Origin: Eledone cirrhosa
Taxonomy: Eukaryota
Assembly: GCA_964016885.1 (NCBI GenBank)
Contig: OZ024743.1
Coordinates: 301,010,001 to 301,074,000 of the forward strand
Length of the DNA stretch: 64,000 nucleotides
Direction of reading: 5' to 3'
Of the stretch, positions 13,253 to 26,846 are shown one piece after another. A program made the translations under genes and the position numbers. The stretch's first letter is position 1. Every line of letters begins with the position of its first letter. The notes beneath the pieces are model-generated. The model had not been told where the DNA came from, searched no databases, and was given only the letters and a program-made list of their open reading frames with translations.

Positions 13253-16200
13253 CATCACCACCACCACTGCCTCATTATCGCTACCGCGGCTATTCTCTCC
13301 CACCACCTCCTGCTAGGTACTACTAGCACAGCATCACCACCACCACTGCCTCATTATCGCTACCGCTGCTATTCTCTCCCACTACCTCCTGCTAAGACAT
13401 GCATCGTAGTACCCCCACTAAAATATATAAATCGACTGATTTGATGACCCGGTCAAAAAATCAACGAAAACAAAAATCAAAATCGTAAAGAAAAGAAAAA
13501 TGAAAAGAAAAACAAACAGACAGAGAAGGAAAAAAAAACTAAGTCAGACATTCAAACATTACATTACAATGAAACTTATGCTTATTCTTTTTGGTTTTTT
13601 TTTTACCTATTTGTTTGCTGTTTATTTATGTTCGTCTACAGCGTGATAGTGCCACACTAGAATCACAGGGGGTGATGAAATCACCGGTTGTTATGTAACC
13701 ATACATTCACCAATCCTCGATAAGAGTGTTTAAATGTCGTACCTAAACAGTTAGAATAACGGTGAAGTGGAGACTGGAATGTCATGTCACAGACTCTCAA
13801 CCAGCAGGTGTTCCCTGGCTCAGCAGCAGGGACCTGGCTGTCAACCGAATACTGCTGGTGTCGGAGGAAGAAGAAGAAGGAAACGGACCAGAACCAACTG
13901 GACGAAAGAATTGAATAGAACTGTCATGGAATGTTACCTGAAGAGTAACACCAAGGAGAAAGGTTATAGGAAACGGATGCATAACATCTGGAACGAGCTT
14001 GGTCTATTTAAATTAGATAAACACAAATTGGCCGGGCAGGCTCGGGTAATAAGAACTAATGGATGGATAAGCGAGCTGGAACTGGAGGAACTGAGCAGAG
14101 TTATTAGGTTGGAAATAGAGAGAGGAGTATGCCAGGCAAACGAGCCAGGGGGAAATGAAGGTGAAAAGGTTGAGAGAACGGAGGAACCATCCGAAGCAGA
14201 CAATGATCTGAATTCTGAAATAAATAATACCTGGAACAAAGTTACGGCCATTTAGATGAATGCTGACGGGCTAGGACAAGATTTGGTTGATACACAAGAT
14301 TTGGTTGATGAACTGAACAATGATAGTGAGAAACCTATGAACCTAAGATTTGTACACAGAAAAAAGTTAAAAGAAACAACAGCTAAGGTAAACAAAGTCA
14401 TCCCATACCTTGAGGCGAGGAGCCTTCACCAGTGCAACAATATCCTCAAAGCAACAGCAAATGCGGTGAGGAAATTACTTGGCAATAAAGCGAGAGGAAA
14501 CAACAAACAAGAAAGATCAGAACATTGGTGGAAAAAAACGACTGAATGGTCAAATCAGGGAAATGAGAAATGACATTGGAAAGCTTGAGTCCCTACTGAA
14601 TGGGACACTAAAAAACATAGACACTAAAAATAGACTGGAAATAAACTACAGAACTAGGAGGAAAAAGCTAAATAATATCATAGAGGAACTGAAGCAACGC
14701 ATTGTAGCAAACAGTGCAAACATTAGGCGATACGAGAATAGAGTCAGTCAGTATAGTCAGAACCGCATGTTTGACAACAACCAGAAGATGCTGTTTTGAC
14801 AGCTTGAAGGGAAAGAAAGAGGCAACGACTTGATCCCTGAGGCGGAACAAACTAAACATTCTGGAGAGGAATATGGGAGCAGGATGTTAAACATAATGAC
14901 CAGGCAGTGTGGATTGAGGCAGTACAGAAGGAGATCAGTGAACAGGCACGCCAACAAATTGATTTGAGTATCACAGTTGAAACTCTTAAGGGGCAGGCCA
15001 CAAAACTAACCAACTGGAAATCACCTGGCCCAGATGGTGTGCAGGGGTATTGGATTAAAAACATAACATCCCTCCACCCGAAACTGACAACCATGTTCAA
15101 TGACTGCTTGATGTCAGGTGAGGTACTAGAGTGGTTGACAAAAGGTACCACAGTTCTGATAATGAAGGACCGAATCAAGGGTAATGATGTTACCAACTAT
15201 AGACCTATCACATGTCTGTCCGTAATGTGGAAACTGTTGAGAAGCATTATGTCTGAGGAAATCTACCATCAGCTCCTCACAAACATCTTGTTACCGGACG
15301 AACAGAAAGGATGCCGAAAGAAGTCACGTGGTACAAAGAACCAGTTACTTATTGATAAGATGGTAATGAGGAATTGCAAGAGGAGACACACTGCTCTGGC
15401 CATGGGATGGATAGACTACAAAAAGGCATTTGACATGGTGCCTCATTCTTGGATCACCAAAAGCCTGGAGATCTTCAACGTGGCAGATAACATCAGGCAG
15501 TTGTTGGGCAAAAGTATGAAGTCCTGGGAAACAGAGTTAACATCAACTGGAGAATCCTTGGGAAGCGTGAAGATCAAGAGAGGTATCTTCCAGGGAGATA
15601 GTCTGTCCTCTCTGTTGTTTGACATTGCCTTGATGCCCCTGACAGTGTACTGCGAAAAGTGAGAGCAGGATACATGTTGGGAAAGGGAAGGCTTACCATC
15701 AATCACCTCCTCTTCATGGTCGATCTTAAGCTCTTCGGGAAGAGTGAGAAGGAGTTGGATGTGCTTGTTGACACTGTCCGTATTTTCAGCAATAATATAT
15801 GTATCCAACTTGGTATTAGTAAGTGTGGAGTCATTGTGATGAGGAGGGGTAAGTTGAGCAGAAGTAACGGAATCCAGATACAAACAGGTGATATGATAAA
15901 GGAAATTGACTCTGAAGAAGGATACAAGTATTTGGGCGTTCTGGAGGCTGATGACATCAAGAACAAATAAATGAAGGAATTGATAAGAACTGAATACCTT
16001 CGGAGAGTAAGGAGCGTATTAAAGTCACATCTGAACAGTAGGAATGCGATAAGTGCAGTAAATTCCCGAGTTGTGTCTATTATTAGGTACAGTGCGGGAA
16101 TTCTGAGATGGAATGTTGCTGAACAAAAAGAAATGTATAGGAAGACTAGGAAGCTATTGACTATCTACAATATGTTCCACAAGAGAAGTGATATCGATAG

Positions 16201-17126
16201 ACTCTACTTAAGGAGATCTGAGGGTGGAAGTGGTCATATCAACATAGAGGACTGTGTTCAGATGGAGAAAAATAACCTACACAAATACGTGACTGATAGT
16301 AAGGAGCCAATGCTCAGAGCTGTACTGAAGGAGGGGACAATAGGCCAGGGGATGTCCAAGGAGAAAGAGCAGCCTTCATGAAAAATCCCTTCATAGTACC
16401 TTCTTTGAGAAAACTGAATTTAGAGATCCACAGACATGGAACTGGTTGAAAAGAGGAGACCTTAAAAAGGCTGCAGAAGGAATGTTAATGGCTGCGCAGG
16501 AGCAGGCCCTCAAAACGAAGTGGTTGAAACACCACATTTACAAGGAGGAGGCTAGCCCACTCTGCAGGTTCTGTGGAGTTAGAGAGGAGACTGTGGCTCA
16601 CATTGTATCCGAGTATAAACACCTAGCCCAAACTCACTATAAGGGGTGGATACATGATGTGATGGGCAGGGTGATCCACTGGCACTTATGCAAAGTAAAC
16701 AATTTACCACATTCTGAGAAGTGGTATGAGCATAAGCCAGAGGCGGTGATAGAAAACGATCAGGTGAAGGTGCTGTGGGATTTTCGAATACAGACGGACA
16801 AAAACTGGAACACAATAGACCTGACCTGTTGGTTTTTGACAAAGAAAAAAGATCGTGCCGGATTGTGGATGTGGCCTGCCCATTCGACACGAGAGTGCAA
16901 GGGAAGGAGAGGGAGAAAATTAACCGATACCAAGACTTAAAGTGGGAGGTAAAAAGGATTTGGAACTGCCATGAAGTCAAAGTGATCCCGCTTCAAAATG
17001 CATGCTTGCTGGGAACAGCAAGAACCCTCCGATACGTCCTGAATATCTGAGGCTGCAGGTTTGTGGCTTGATATTCATCTCAACAAACTTTCCAGTTAAC
17101 TAACATCAATGACTGAGACTCAAAGA

Positions 17127-17202
<76 letters not shown>

Positions 17203-17208
17203 TAATAA
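13253..17208 (+). mobile_element. Degenerate near full-length Dong family A copy (coding remnant 13767-17050)
   Basis: Colinear with 8477-11870; multiple stops and frameshifts, FMVD for FMDD, C-terminal deletion; (TAA)n tail 17128-17208. Confidence 0.92.
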
Positions 17209-17930
17209 GGCAAGAAGACGGACATAAGGGAAGAAGACGCACAAGGTGGTAGAAGGTCATGAAATCGCTCCCGTAAGTTTTTGATTTTTAACATATTTGA
17301 ATCAATTGTGAAATAACAATTCTTAGTACAAATGTTGCATAAACCACCGAATCAGGTCCCATAAAGTTTCGGATCCATATTATATTGTTGTATCGCTCAA
17401 ATATTCAATTTTGTATTATATATTTTGTATTCAAAAAAAGAAAATGGTTATAAATGGGAAAAAAACACCCTCTGTCTACACTATATAGAACAGCAATTTC
17501 ACCAACACTAGAATCTTGATACACCACCTATCCCATCACACTAAATATAACAGCCAGATAACGGCAATTTCACCAGCATCATAATAATAATTACTATTAT
17601 TATTGTCTCAAATTTAAAAAAAATGTTTAATTCCAATTTTAAAGGAATATGTCAACACAAAATATAATAAAAATATATATTAAACATACGAACACAAACT
17701 CATAGATACTACATATCAGTAACCACAACGCCACCGCTGCCACCACCCCACCCCATCCATCATTGCTACCACTGTCCCATCGTCGCCGCCACCACTCCTT
17801 CAATGCTACCACCACTATTCCCCTGTTAACTTGAGAGAGAAAGGGGAAGGTGGCGGTATCACTAGACAAGCGAGAGGCTAGCAAAATATATAAATAGATT
17901 GACTTAGTGACCTGGCCACCGGCCAAACGT
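17201..17930 (+). repeat. Diverged copy of the family A leader sequence
   Basis: aagaagacgcac...aggtcatgaaatcgctcccgtaagtttt is shared with 7095-7150; further blocks match 7150-7460 and 13420-13455. Confidence 0.75.
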
Positions 17931-18169
17931 CAACATCAACAACTATGGGACTGCTGGCTCACCCCTTCCTCACCAACAATATAAAAAGCCCCGGCACCAC
18001 GACCGACATAGCCAACAACAATAACAGCCAACTACAATAAAAAGTATATTATATTATTGTAATGCACTGGGTGATTGCTGGCCTTGTGCCTGGAGTGGAG
18101 ACAATTATTAATAATTTCATTCTTAAGCCACGCAATGCTCACATTAAGGAACCACTCATGATAATAACA

Positions 18170-21100
18170 ATTTAAAAAAAACAACAAAAAGAAAACCCCG
18201 TGACCAAGAAATACCGGGATGGCGGCCGGCGGGGAATAGCCGTGTCTCTAGGGGAGGACGACCCCTCTAGTCTTGGTTGACACTCGTTCTAGAAGTGGTA
18301 ACACGAAATGATTACCCCTTGGCAGATAAGGATAAAACGCGACAAAATAAAGTAAATGTCTAATGATAACATCTCATACCGGATCGGCCGTCCCCCGGGT
18401 AAAAAAGGGCCGTGTCCCTCAGAGAGGAACCAGACTGGGGTCGAAAAATCAGCTAATGGTTCAAACCTTCCCATCACTTCGGAGCTGGAGACCTCCCATA
18501 ACCGGAATACTCCTACTGTTGGCCCTCCATGCTCACCACCAATAAATCCAAAGAAAAAGAGAGAAAAATGGTCAAGGGAAGATAATAAAGAAGTCCTTGA
18601 GACTTTCTACACTGCCATGTACTACCCATCAAATACATCGAATACAGAACAGACATATATCAACTGGAAAAAGAAACATCCCGAAAACAGAGGCTATATT
18701 GACAGTAACAAACTAGCCAATATACAAAGAAATATTGTAAGAAAAAAGTTACTAACTGATATAGAAATTGATCAGATCAAGCTATTAGCACAAAGTCAGC
18801 GAAGGGAAAATGAAACATGTGTCAGTGAAAACGAGGTAAACTGTAACACTTCGAATTCCAGGGTTGGGGCGGAATCACTGGCAACAGAACAAATTAAAGA
18901 AAGGATCGAAAAAGTGGAGGGAGTGCATGCTCAGGATGAAACTCCAAATGAAAATAATGAGATCGTAAATGATAAAGAAATGAATGAGAATGAACTTGCC
19001 AACTTGAAGGATGAAATTATGATCGAATGGATGAAAATGAAATAATCTGACATGGGGCAACGAGACACCCTCCCTAAGATCCAGAACTCCAAACAGAACC
19101 AAAAGATAATACACAAGACTAACATAATTCTCAAAAACATTATCATCACAAACAAACTAAACATTACTGATTTAAATCATCTCTATTATGCATCGGCTAA
19201 AGTCACCATGTGGAGTGAAGATGAAAAAACAAAGGAATTCCCACAAGAAATCTACTTGGCAAGAGAACATCAATCGCCAAATAAACCTTCTCCGACATAG
19301 AAATGTTAACAAACTATAAAGTAGGTGAACATGTTAAACAAACTAAATTAGAAAATTGAAAAAAAAGTACAGTATAAAATCAACATATGACATAGACATG
19401 CTGATAGAAATAATCAAGCAAAAAGTGTCGGCCAAAGCTGCTCGTATAAGGCGCTTTGAAAAACGATCTAGAATCTATAAGGACAATAATATGTTAAAAA
19501 ACAACCAAAGAAACTTCTACAGAAAAATTGGTAAGTCAACAATAACTGCTAAATCAATACCACCCAAGGAGGTGGTGCAAGAATTCTGGCAAAAGATCTG
19601 GGCCGAAGAGAAAGTTCATAACAAACATGCCCCATGGATAGACAGACAAATGAAAGATACAGCTCACGTTGAGGAACAAATATGGGAAAATATAACAGTT
19701 GAACAGTTGCGCTTGGCTCTAAGAAAAACCAGCAAATGGAAATCCCCAGGAAAAGACAAAATACAAAACTTTTGGATAAATGCCTTCACAGAGTCTCATG
19801 AGCTGTTAGCCCAACTTTACAATGATATAGTTAAGGAGCCAGAAAATATACCATCATGGCTAGTTAACGGCATTACATTCCTGCTTCCGAAGAATGATGA
19901 GACAAACAATCCCAAAAATTACAGTCCGATAACTTGCTTGACCACAATGTATAAAATGTTAACATCAGTCCTAACTGAATACACATATGACCACCTGATA
20001 ACAAATGACCTATTTCCCATTGAGCAGAAAGGGTGTAAACGAGGCTCATATGGCTGTAAGGATCAGCATTTTGTTAACAAAATGATACTGGAAGATTGTA
20101 ATAATAGACACAAAAATCTATCGATTGCTTGGATAGATTATAAAAAAGCCTTAGATAGTTTGCCACACAGTTGGATTAAAAAATGTTTAGAGATTTTCAA
20201 AATATCCCCCGTTGTCAGGAGGTTTTTGTCATTCAGTATGAAGACATGGAAAACGACACTCCTTTTGAATAGTGAAACAAAATCACTGGAAGCTGGAGAA
20301 GTTAATATTAATTGTGGAATTATTCAGGGTGACTCTTTATCACCGCTTTTATTCTGCAACGCTCTTATTCCATTAAGTAAAATGCTCAATGAAACAAAAC
20401 ATGGATATAAAGTCTATGACAAAACCATTAATCACTTGTTCTACACTGATGACCTGAAACCATTTGCAAAAAATGATGAACAATTGCAAGGGCTATTATC
20501 CACTGTGGAGCAGTTCAGTGATGACATTAAAATGGAGTTTGGACTAGATAAATGCGCCAAAGCGACGTTCACCAGAGGAAAGCTGCTGAAGAGTTCAGAC
20601 ATTAATCTTGATCGGGGGAATGTGATAAGAGAACTTGATCAAGAACAAACTTACAAATATCTAGGTGTTTGTGAAGGAGACGGCATCAAGCACTCGACAA
20701 TGAGGGAAAGGATAAGGAAGGAATGTTACCGCAGAGTAAGAGCAATCTTAAGAACGGAATTGAATGCAAGGAATAGGATTGATGCCATAAACATGCTTGC
20801 CATACCAGTAGTAACCTACAGTTACAATGTCATCAACTGGTCAAGCAGAGAGATCGGTAGGCTCGATACAAAAATTCGAAAACTCTTAACCATGCAAAGA
20901 ATGCATCACCCTAAGGCAGATGTAGATAGAATATATATCCCTAGGAAAGAAGGAGGACGTGGGTTAATCCAGTTAGACATTGCGTTGAAAACTGCAACAA
21001 TTGGATTATCTACATATCTAAGGGAATCACATGATTGGATGATCAAACTCGTTTTGAAACACGAAAGCATCAAAAGATCATATTCCCTTACAAAAGATGC

Positions 21101-22153
21101 TCAAAGATACAGTAATGGACTACAAATTTCAGAAGTCCCATTTACTGCTGAAATGGAAAACACAGAAAAAGCAAAGAAGGTAAAAGTAACTGCAAAGAAA
21201 GAACTGCTACAGAAACTGGCTAAGAAATGGCAAGAAAAGCCTCTGTATGGAAAATACCCAGAGCGAGCTAACAATCCTGATGTTGACAAAACTTTAACCA
21301 ATGAGTGGTTGGCCTCCTCTGGACTGAAATCGGAGACTGAAGGACTGATTATATCAGCACATGATCAGTGTCTGCCAACAAAAAATAACCAAGCCAACAT
21401 AATAAAAAATGGATGCAGCCGTGTATGCAAAAAACAACCAGAGACCATTGAGCATATAATTTCAATGTGCAGTCCTATAGCTCTAACCGAATACCTAAAC
21501 AGGCATGACAGAGCTGCACAATACATACATTGGATAATGGGTAAGCATTTTGACCTGCCCCATCAAAAGAATTGGTGGGAGCATCAACCACCTCCCATAC
21601 TTGAAAAAGATCACATCTCAATCTTGTGGAACTTTAGCATCCAAACAGACCGAAAAATAGATGCAAATAGACCTGATATAATATTGAAGGACTTCAAAAA
21701 GAGGGTATGCCTGCTAATTGATATGTCTGTTCCAATAGACAAGAATGTATCTATAAAAACATTTGAAAAATTGAGCAAGTATAAGGACCTGGAGATAGAA
21801 ATTGGAAAAATGTGGAAATTGAGAACTAAAACAATACCAGTGGTTGTAGGCGCTCTGGGAATGATACCTAAGGAGTCTAATGATTACTTATCGCAAATCC
21901 CAGGAAACCCGCGTATAGGAGAAATACAAAAGATAGTACTAATGGGAACTTCTCATATACTAAGGAAGATTCTGTCAATATAAGTACATCACAAGTCTAA
22001 ACACTAAAGATGCATGTGTGAGTATGTATGTTCTTTCTTGAACATGGCGGACCTTGTTGTCTCTTGAGGACACTGGTTGTGACTTGGTGATAACTCGTAT
22101 GAACATAAAGCAAGTTAAATGCAACTATAATAATAATAATATTAATAATAATA
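18170..22153 (+). mobile_element. R4/Dong-clade retrotransposon, family B (disrupted ORF 18356-21983)
   Basis: KSPGKD, QGDSLSPLLF, FYTDD, zinc-knuckle remnant, RPDI...DMSVP...K..KY..L; stop at 19045 and frameshifts; (TAA)n tail. Confidence 0.9.
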
Positions 22154-22510
22154 GGGAACAGCAAGAACCCTCCGATACGCCCTGAATATCTGAGGCTGCA
22201 GGTAGTGGCTTGATATTAATTTCAACAAACTTTCCAGTTAACTAACATCAATGACTGAAACTCAAAGAACAATAATAATTATAGGCGCACTAGGTTCTCA
22301 AAAAGTTTCCAAGGATGGTTAAAGAAAATTGGCCCCGCCACGCTTTTTGGAACGCTTCAAAAGGCATGCTTGCTGGGAACAGCAAGAACCCTCCGATACG
22401 TCCTGAATGTTTCAGGCTGCAGGTAGTTGATTGATATTCATTTCAACATACTTTCCAGTTAACTAACATCAATGACTGAGACTCAAAGATCAATAATTAT
22501 AATAATAATG
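22154..22510 (+). mobile_element. Two short 3'-terminal fragments of Dong family A, each with a TAA tail
   Basis: Match 11830-11945 and 11730-11945. Confidence 0.88.
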
Positions 22511-22795
22511 ACATTAACATGAATAAATGCAACAAAAATGCCAATTACGTAAACAATGATTACAAAAATAAAAATATCTGTGTAGATTTATTATGTATGG
22601 TGTGATACATGTGTATACATGACAGATGCCCTTGTTAAAGCTTCCACATACACAGTTATATTTTACCTTTTACACATTCGTATAACAATTAAGAACATAT
22701 ATCTCTATGCCTAATTAATACTGCGTCAGTGTGTGTGTGTACATAGATATGTCTTTATGGGTCGTTGGCCAAATGGTTTATACAATTGCATGTAA

Positions 22796-22855
<60 letters not shown>

Positions 22856-22861
<6 letters not shown>

Positions 22862-23127
22862 TAAAATAACAGACTAAAGTTTAAGCAAAGAATCGCTGCT
22901 TTCACCCTTAACGCGATCTTCTGAAACTAACAAATCAATCTGTAAACGCGTTTACAGATTGATTATGTTAGTTTCAGAAGATCCCTTTAAGGGTGAAAGC
23001 AGCGATTCTTTGCTTAAACTTTAATCTGTTATTTTAATAAATATTTGCTCTACGGTTCTTAGATATTTGATATATATTTATCCTTATCGAGCCCTCTTTG
23101 GATTTTAGTCTTCAAATTTATTATTAT

Positions 23128-23130
<3 letters not shown>
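22856..23130 (+). mobile_element. Palindromic hairpin+tail mini-element in (TA)n with one HHR per arm
   Basis: Inverted arms centred on gtaaacgcgtttac (~22948); ~85-nt tail. Confidence 0.75.
22970..23020 (+). ncRNA. Type I hammerhead-like fold with CAGAAGA core (mirror copy 22878-22928 on minus)
   Basis: P1 AGUUU/AAACU, core CAGAAGA, P2 CCCU/AGGG, GAAA, P3 AGCA/UGCU, site CUU. Confidence 0.65.
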
Positions 23131-23175
<45 letters not shown>

Positions 23176-23716
23176 GATTTATTTTCAGTCTAACATACCT
23201 GTTACGTCAATGCATTCGTAAGCGAATAACAATAATGTAACTCATTTTCATACTTCACTCGCTCTCTTGAAAACGACACAAGAAAAATATACGCTTGTAT
23301 TGATATAAGAATAATATTATTTCTTATTCTATTCAATTGCTAGCAACGGGGCCTCATAATGCATATGTTTTCTAGCCGACTAACAGCAAGATTTTGTTCC
23401 AGCGGCAGCAGAGAGAACAACAATATTAAAGTTATTGCACCTCACTAATATTGTGTATTTATCCCTCTTTTCTACACAGCCGTAATATCGCGAGATATGA
23501 AAATTATGCTAATTAGCTGATATATACTTTAAGAATACTATATGTCTTCAAGAGTTCCCGTGTATATATATAATATATATATATATATATGTAGGAGGTG
23601 AGTTTTATTGTAGTACAATAAAGCAATGCAGATATCGGATAAGAAGCACTCTACAGTTTGTAGGACTGGAGTATAAATAATATATAAGATCAAAAGATGG
23701 TTAAAAGAGTTCCATG

Positions 23717-23787
23717 TATTTTATTATGCGCATTTCAAAAACAAATATCATCATGCAATAACATTTGCGTTTTCGTCAGAGAAAATA
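23717..23787 (-). ncRNA. Minimal type I hammerhead ribozyme in the 3' region of the minus-strand PLE
   Basis: Minus: tattttct CUGACGA aaacgcaaatgtt...gatatttgttttt GAAA UGCGCA UA ataaaata; palindromic P3. Confidence 0.75.
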
Positions 23788-24769
23788 GGGAGACATGATT
23801 GGAGGGTTAAAACACACTCGTGAATAGTGCAGTTTTAAATCAACATATGAAAAGTAGTTTTAGATTGATGTGTGATATTGGGAAAAAAATTGTTGAGGAG
23901 GGGTGGGGGGTGGAAAGGATGAAAAAGAGGAGGAGATGAGAGTAAAAAAGTGGAGGGGGAGGAGTATAATGAGGAAGGATGAGATAGGAGGAGATATGGG
24001 TGATAGAGAGAGAAAGATAGCTTTTATAACAGAAAAAAATATATATTGCTTTACATAGAGAGGTCGAAAAACCGTTGGAAGATAATATATAAATTAAAAG
24101 AATTTGAAAATTAACGAAGAGAACAATAATGTTAAGTTAAGGTTTTTATATTGAAGGGTTTAATAATATGTGCGATGAAAAGAAATTGTTAATATGTATT
24201 AAGAATAATATTTAAGGGTTTAATAATATGTGCGATGGAAAGTAATTGTTCATATGTATTATTAAAAACATATAAAAATATAGCAATAGTAATGTAAGTA
24301 AGGATATATTGTGAAGGAAGTAGAAGATTGAATGAATAAGTTAGATGAGCATGAAAGGGAGAAAAAAATAATGAATTGAGGATGAATAATATAACGTCAA
24401 AACATGTTTATGTTTACGAAGGATTTTTTTCAAGGTGATATAAAGTAAGAATATATTGTGCAGTGTAATAATTATTTCTACATTAGGCACACTGATAATT
24501 GAGAAGTATCCAGGAAGAAAGGTACAGATTAGGGGTTAGAAATTAAAAGAAAAAGAAAAAGAAAAAAAGAAAAGAAAAGGAAAACAGAAAGAAAGGGAAG
24601 TGATAAATAGGAGTGATATAGAATTACTAACTAGTATTATATAATGTATAATAAATAACTTTGAAATAAGGTAGAAAGATGGGTATATGTTTAAAGAAAT
24701 ATATATGTATATATATATATGTGCCTTTGAGAAAAGGATTTTAAATTGATAAAGTATTAGATATTAGCT

Positions 24770-26090
24770 TTATACTTTATGGAATGTTCTGTGGAATGTA
24801 TGCAAGCAGAGAGAAAACAAGTCAGTGCGTCTATTTATTATAGAATCTAAATTAGATATAATGGTACATTTTTCACTTAAATAGAGATTGCATGTCTTGG
24901 ATAGAGAACTGTTCAAGTATTCTGAGAGTGCCGTGTTGGTTCTTTTAAGTTGGTATTTAAAAGACGAATGGTGATTATAAAGACGAGCTTTAAAGGGCGT
25001 GGAAGTGGAGCCAAAATAGGTGAAGGACTTTGAGTCAGTCATAACTTTACATTCGTAACTTAAGTTTTTTTCAAGACAATGGTTGTTGAGAGGACATTTA
25101 TTTTTAACAGGGCAATTGCAATTGCGATTAGAGAGATTAGCAGAGTTATTAACAAGTGACCTAGTGTTATCTATAGAAGGAATTGGATTGGAGAAGTTAT
25201 TTACGATAGGAATACTAGTTTCTTGATTTAGAATGGGATTAAGAACATTTAGCGAAGTTGCGTTTGACGTTGTATTTGGGTTTGCAGAAATTAGCCTAGA
25301 GTTTACAATGACGTCGGAAGTACTATTACTATTATTATGATATTCAGTGTTGGAAGGAAGATATTTAGTATTTAGTATTTTATTGTTGTGTTTAGAGATA
25401 ATGTTGGAGATGTTGGAGGAGGTCGAATAGGAACATGTTATAGTGTGTTTGTTAAATATTTTACTATAGATATGTGAGGGAGGTAAGCATTTATTTAAGG
25501 CACTACATAATGATTTAGGAATATTATTATGAATAGAGATGGAGAAAGGAGCATTATACCAGATTATATTTTTGTATCTAGGTCTTTTATTAAAGTTATT
25601 GGAATGATCATGATTAATTATTCTACTGTAAGATCTTCTAGAATTTGTTTCTTTACTATATTTGATTTTATCAGGATAACCGGCTTTAGAAAGCGCGTTA
25701 TAGTAAATGGCGTTAGCATCAAAGATGTTTTTTTGAATTTGTTTCCTGGTGATTTCGAAACTCGTGAATTTATCCTTGATCGGATATTTACAAAGAGCGA
25801 ATGAAACCCCATGGAGTAGAGATATAATTTTGGTATGCTTATATGCATTCTTTCTCCTAACTTTGATTTTGTATCTAATTGTGTATGGATTGCTTATATA
25901 TCTAATCGATTTCCACGGGCTATTAGAAATACTGGGTAAATATTGCGTGGCTGTTGATCGCGAATAAAATAGCTATCGTTTATTTATCTATTGTTTCTTC
26001 ATAGGTGCCTTTTAATCTTATAGCCTTCTTTAATAGATATTTTGTGTGGTTGATTATGCTGATCGTAAGAGGAAATAATGTATATATTTT
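24770..26090 (-). pseudogene. Degenerate Penelope-like element (linker + GIY-YIG), 3'UTR extending to ~23600
   Basis: YFGSTSTPFKARLYNHHSSFK; CNCP...CPLNNHCL; WYNAPF-like motif on minus strand. Confidence 0.82.
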
Positions 26091-26148
26091 ATCAAATGAT
26101 TCTATATATATATATATATACGCAAATATATATATATATATATATATA

Positions 26149-26342
26149 GGAATAGAATCAGAAACCCGACGGCAGAGCTCAAGCCATTTCGACTGCTATT
26201 TAAGCCCAGAAATAGCTGTCGAAGCTGCTTGAGCTCTGCCGGCTGAGTCCTGACTCTTTTCCTATTACCACTCTAATACCCAAATTATCGAGTACTCCGG
26301 TGTGTTATGATCCACCTGGTTCCTTACCACACTTCTTTCGTT
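26149..26342 (+). mobile_element. Hairpin+tail mini-element (same family as 5078-5264)
   Basis: cgacggcagagctcaagc...cagaaatagctgtcgaa...gagctctgccg, conserved tail, (TA)n flanks. Confidence 0.7.
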
Positions 26343-26405
26343 ATATATATGTATATATATATATATATATAATCGAAAAATTGAAGAAAGAGAATTTATT
26401 TAAAG

Positions 26406-26449
26406 GAGCTCTAAATATGTTACGCCCAAGTTGGGCTCCTCGGAGGCTC
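26406..26449 (-). ncRNA. Degenerate minimal hammerhead with CCGAGGA core
   Basis: Minus: gagcct CCGAGGA gccc aactt gggc GUAAC atat tta gagctc. Confidence 0.5.
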
Positions 26450-26654
26450 AGAGGTAAGTAAAGGGTTTAATTAGGAACCCTGAATGGGTATGAATACAAT
26501 TCTAACATCGAAATTCATATGTCGGTGTTACAGAGTTAGCGATTTAACTTTGTGTACGAAGGGGAATAATTCCGGTGCTGATTGGATTTACAAATACACA
26601 CATATATATGTATATATATATATGTGTATATATATATGTGTGTATATATATATA

Positions 26655-26770
<116 letters not shown>

Positions 26771-26774
26771 CAAT

Positions 26775-26813
<39 letters not shown>

Positions 26814-26846
26814 CAATCAATATATATATATATATATATATATATA

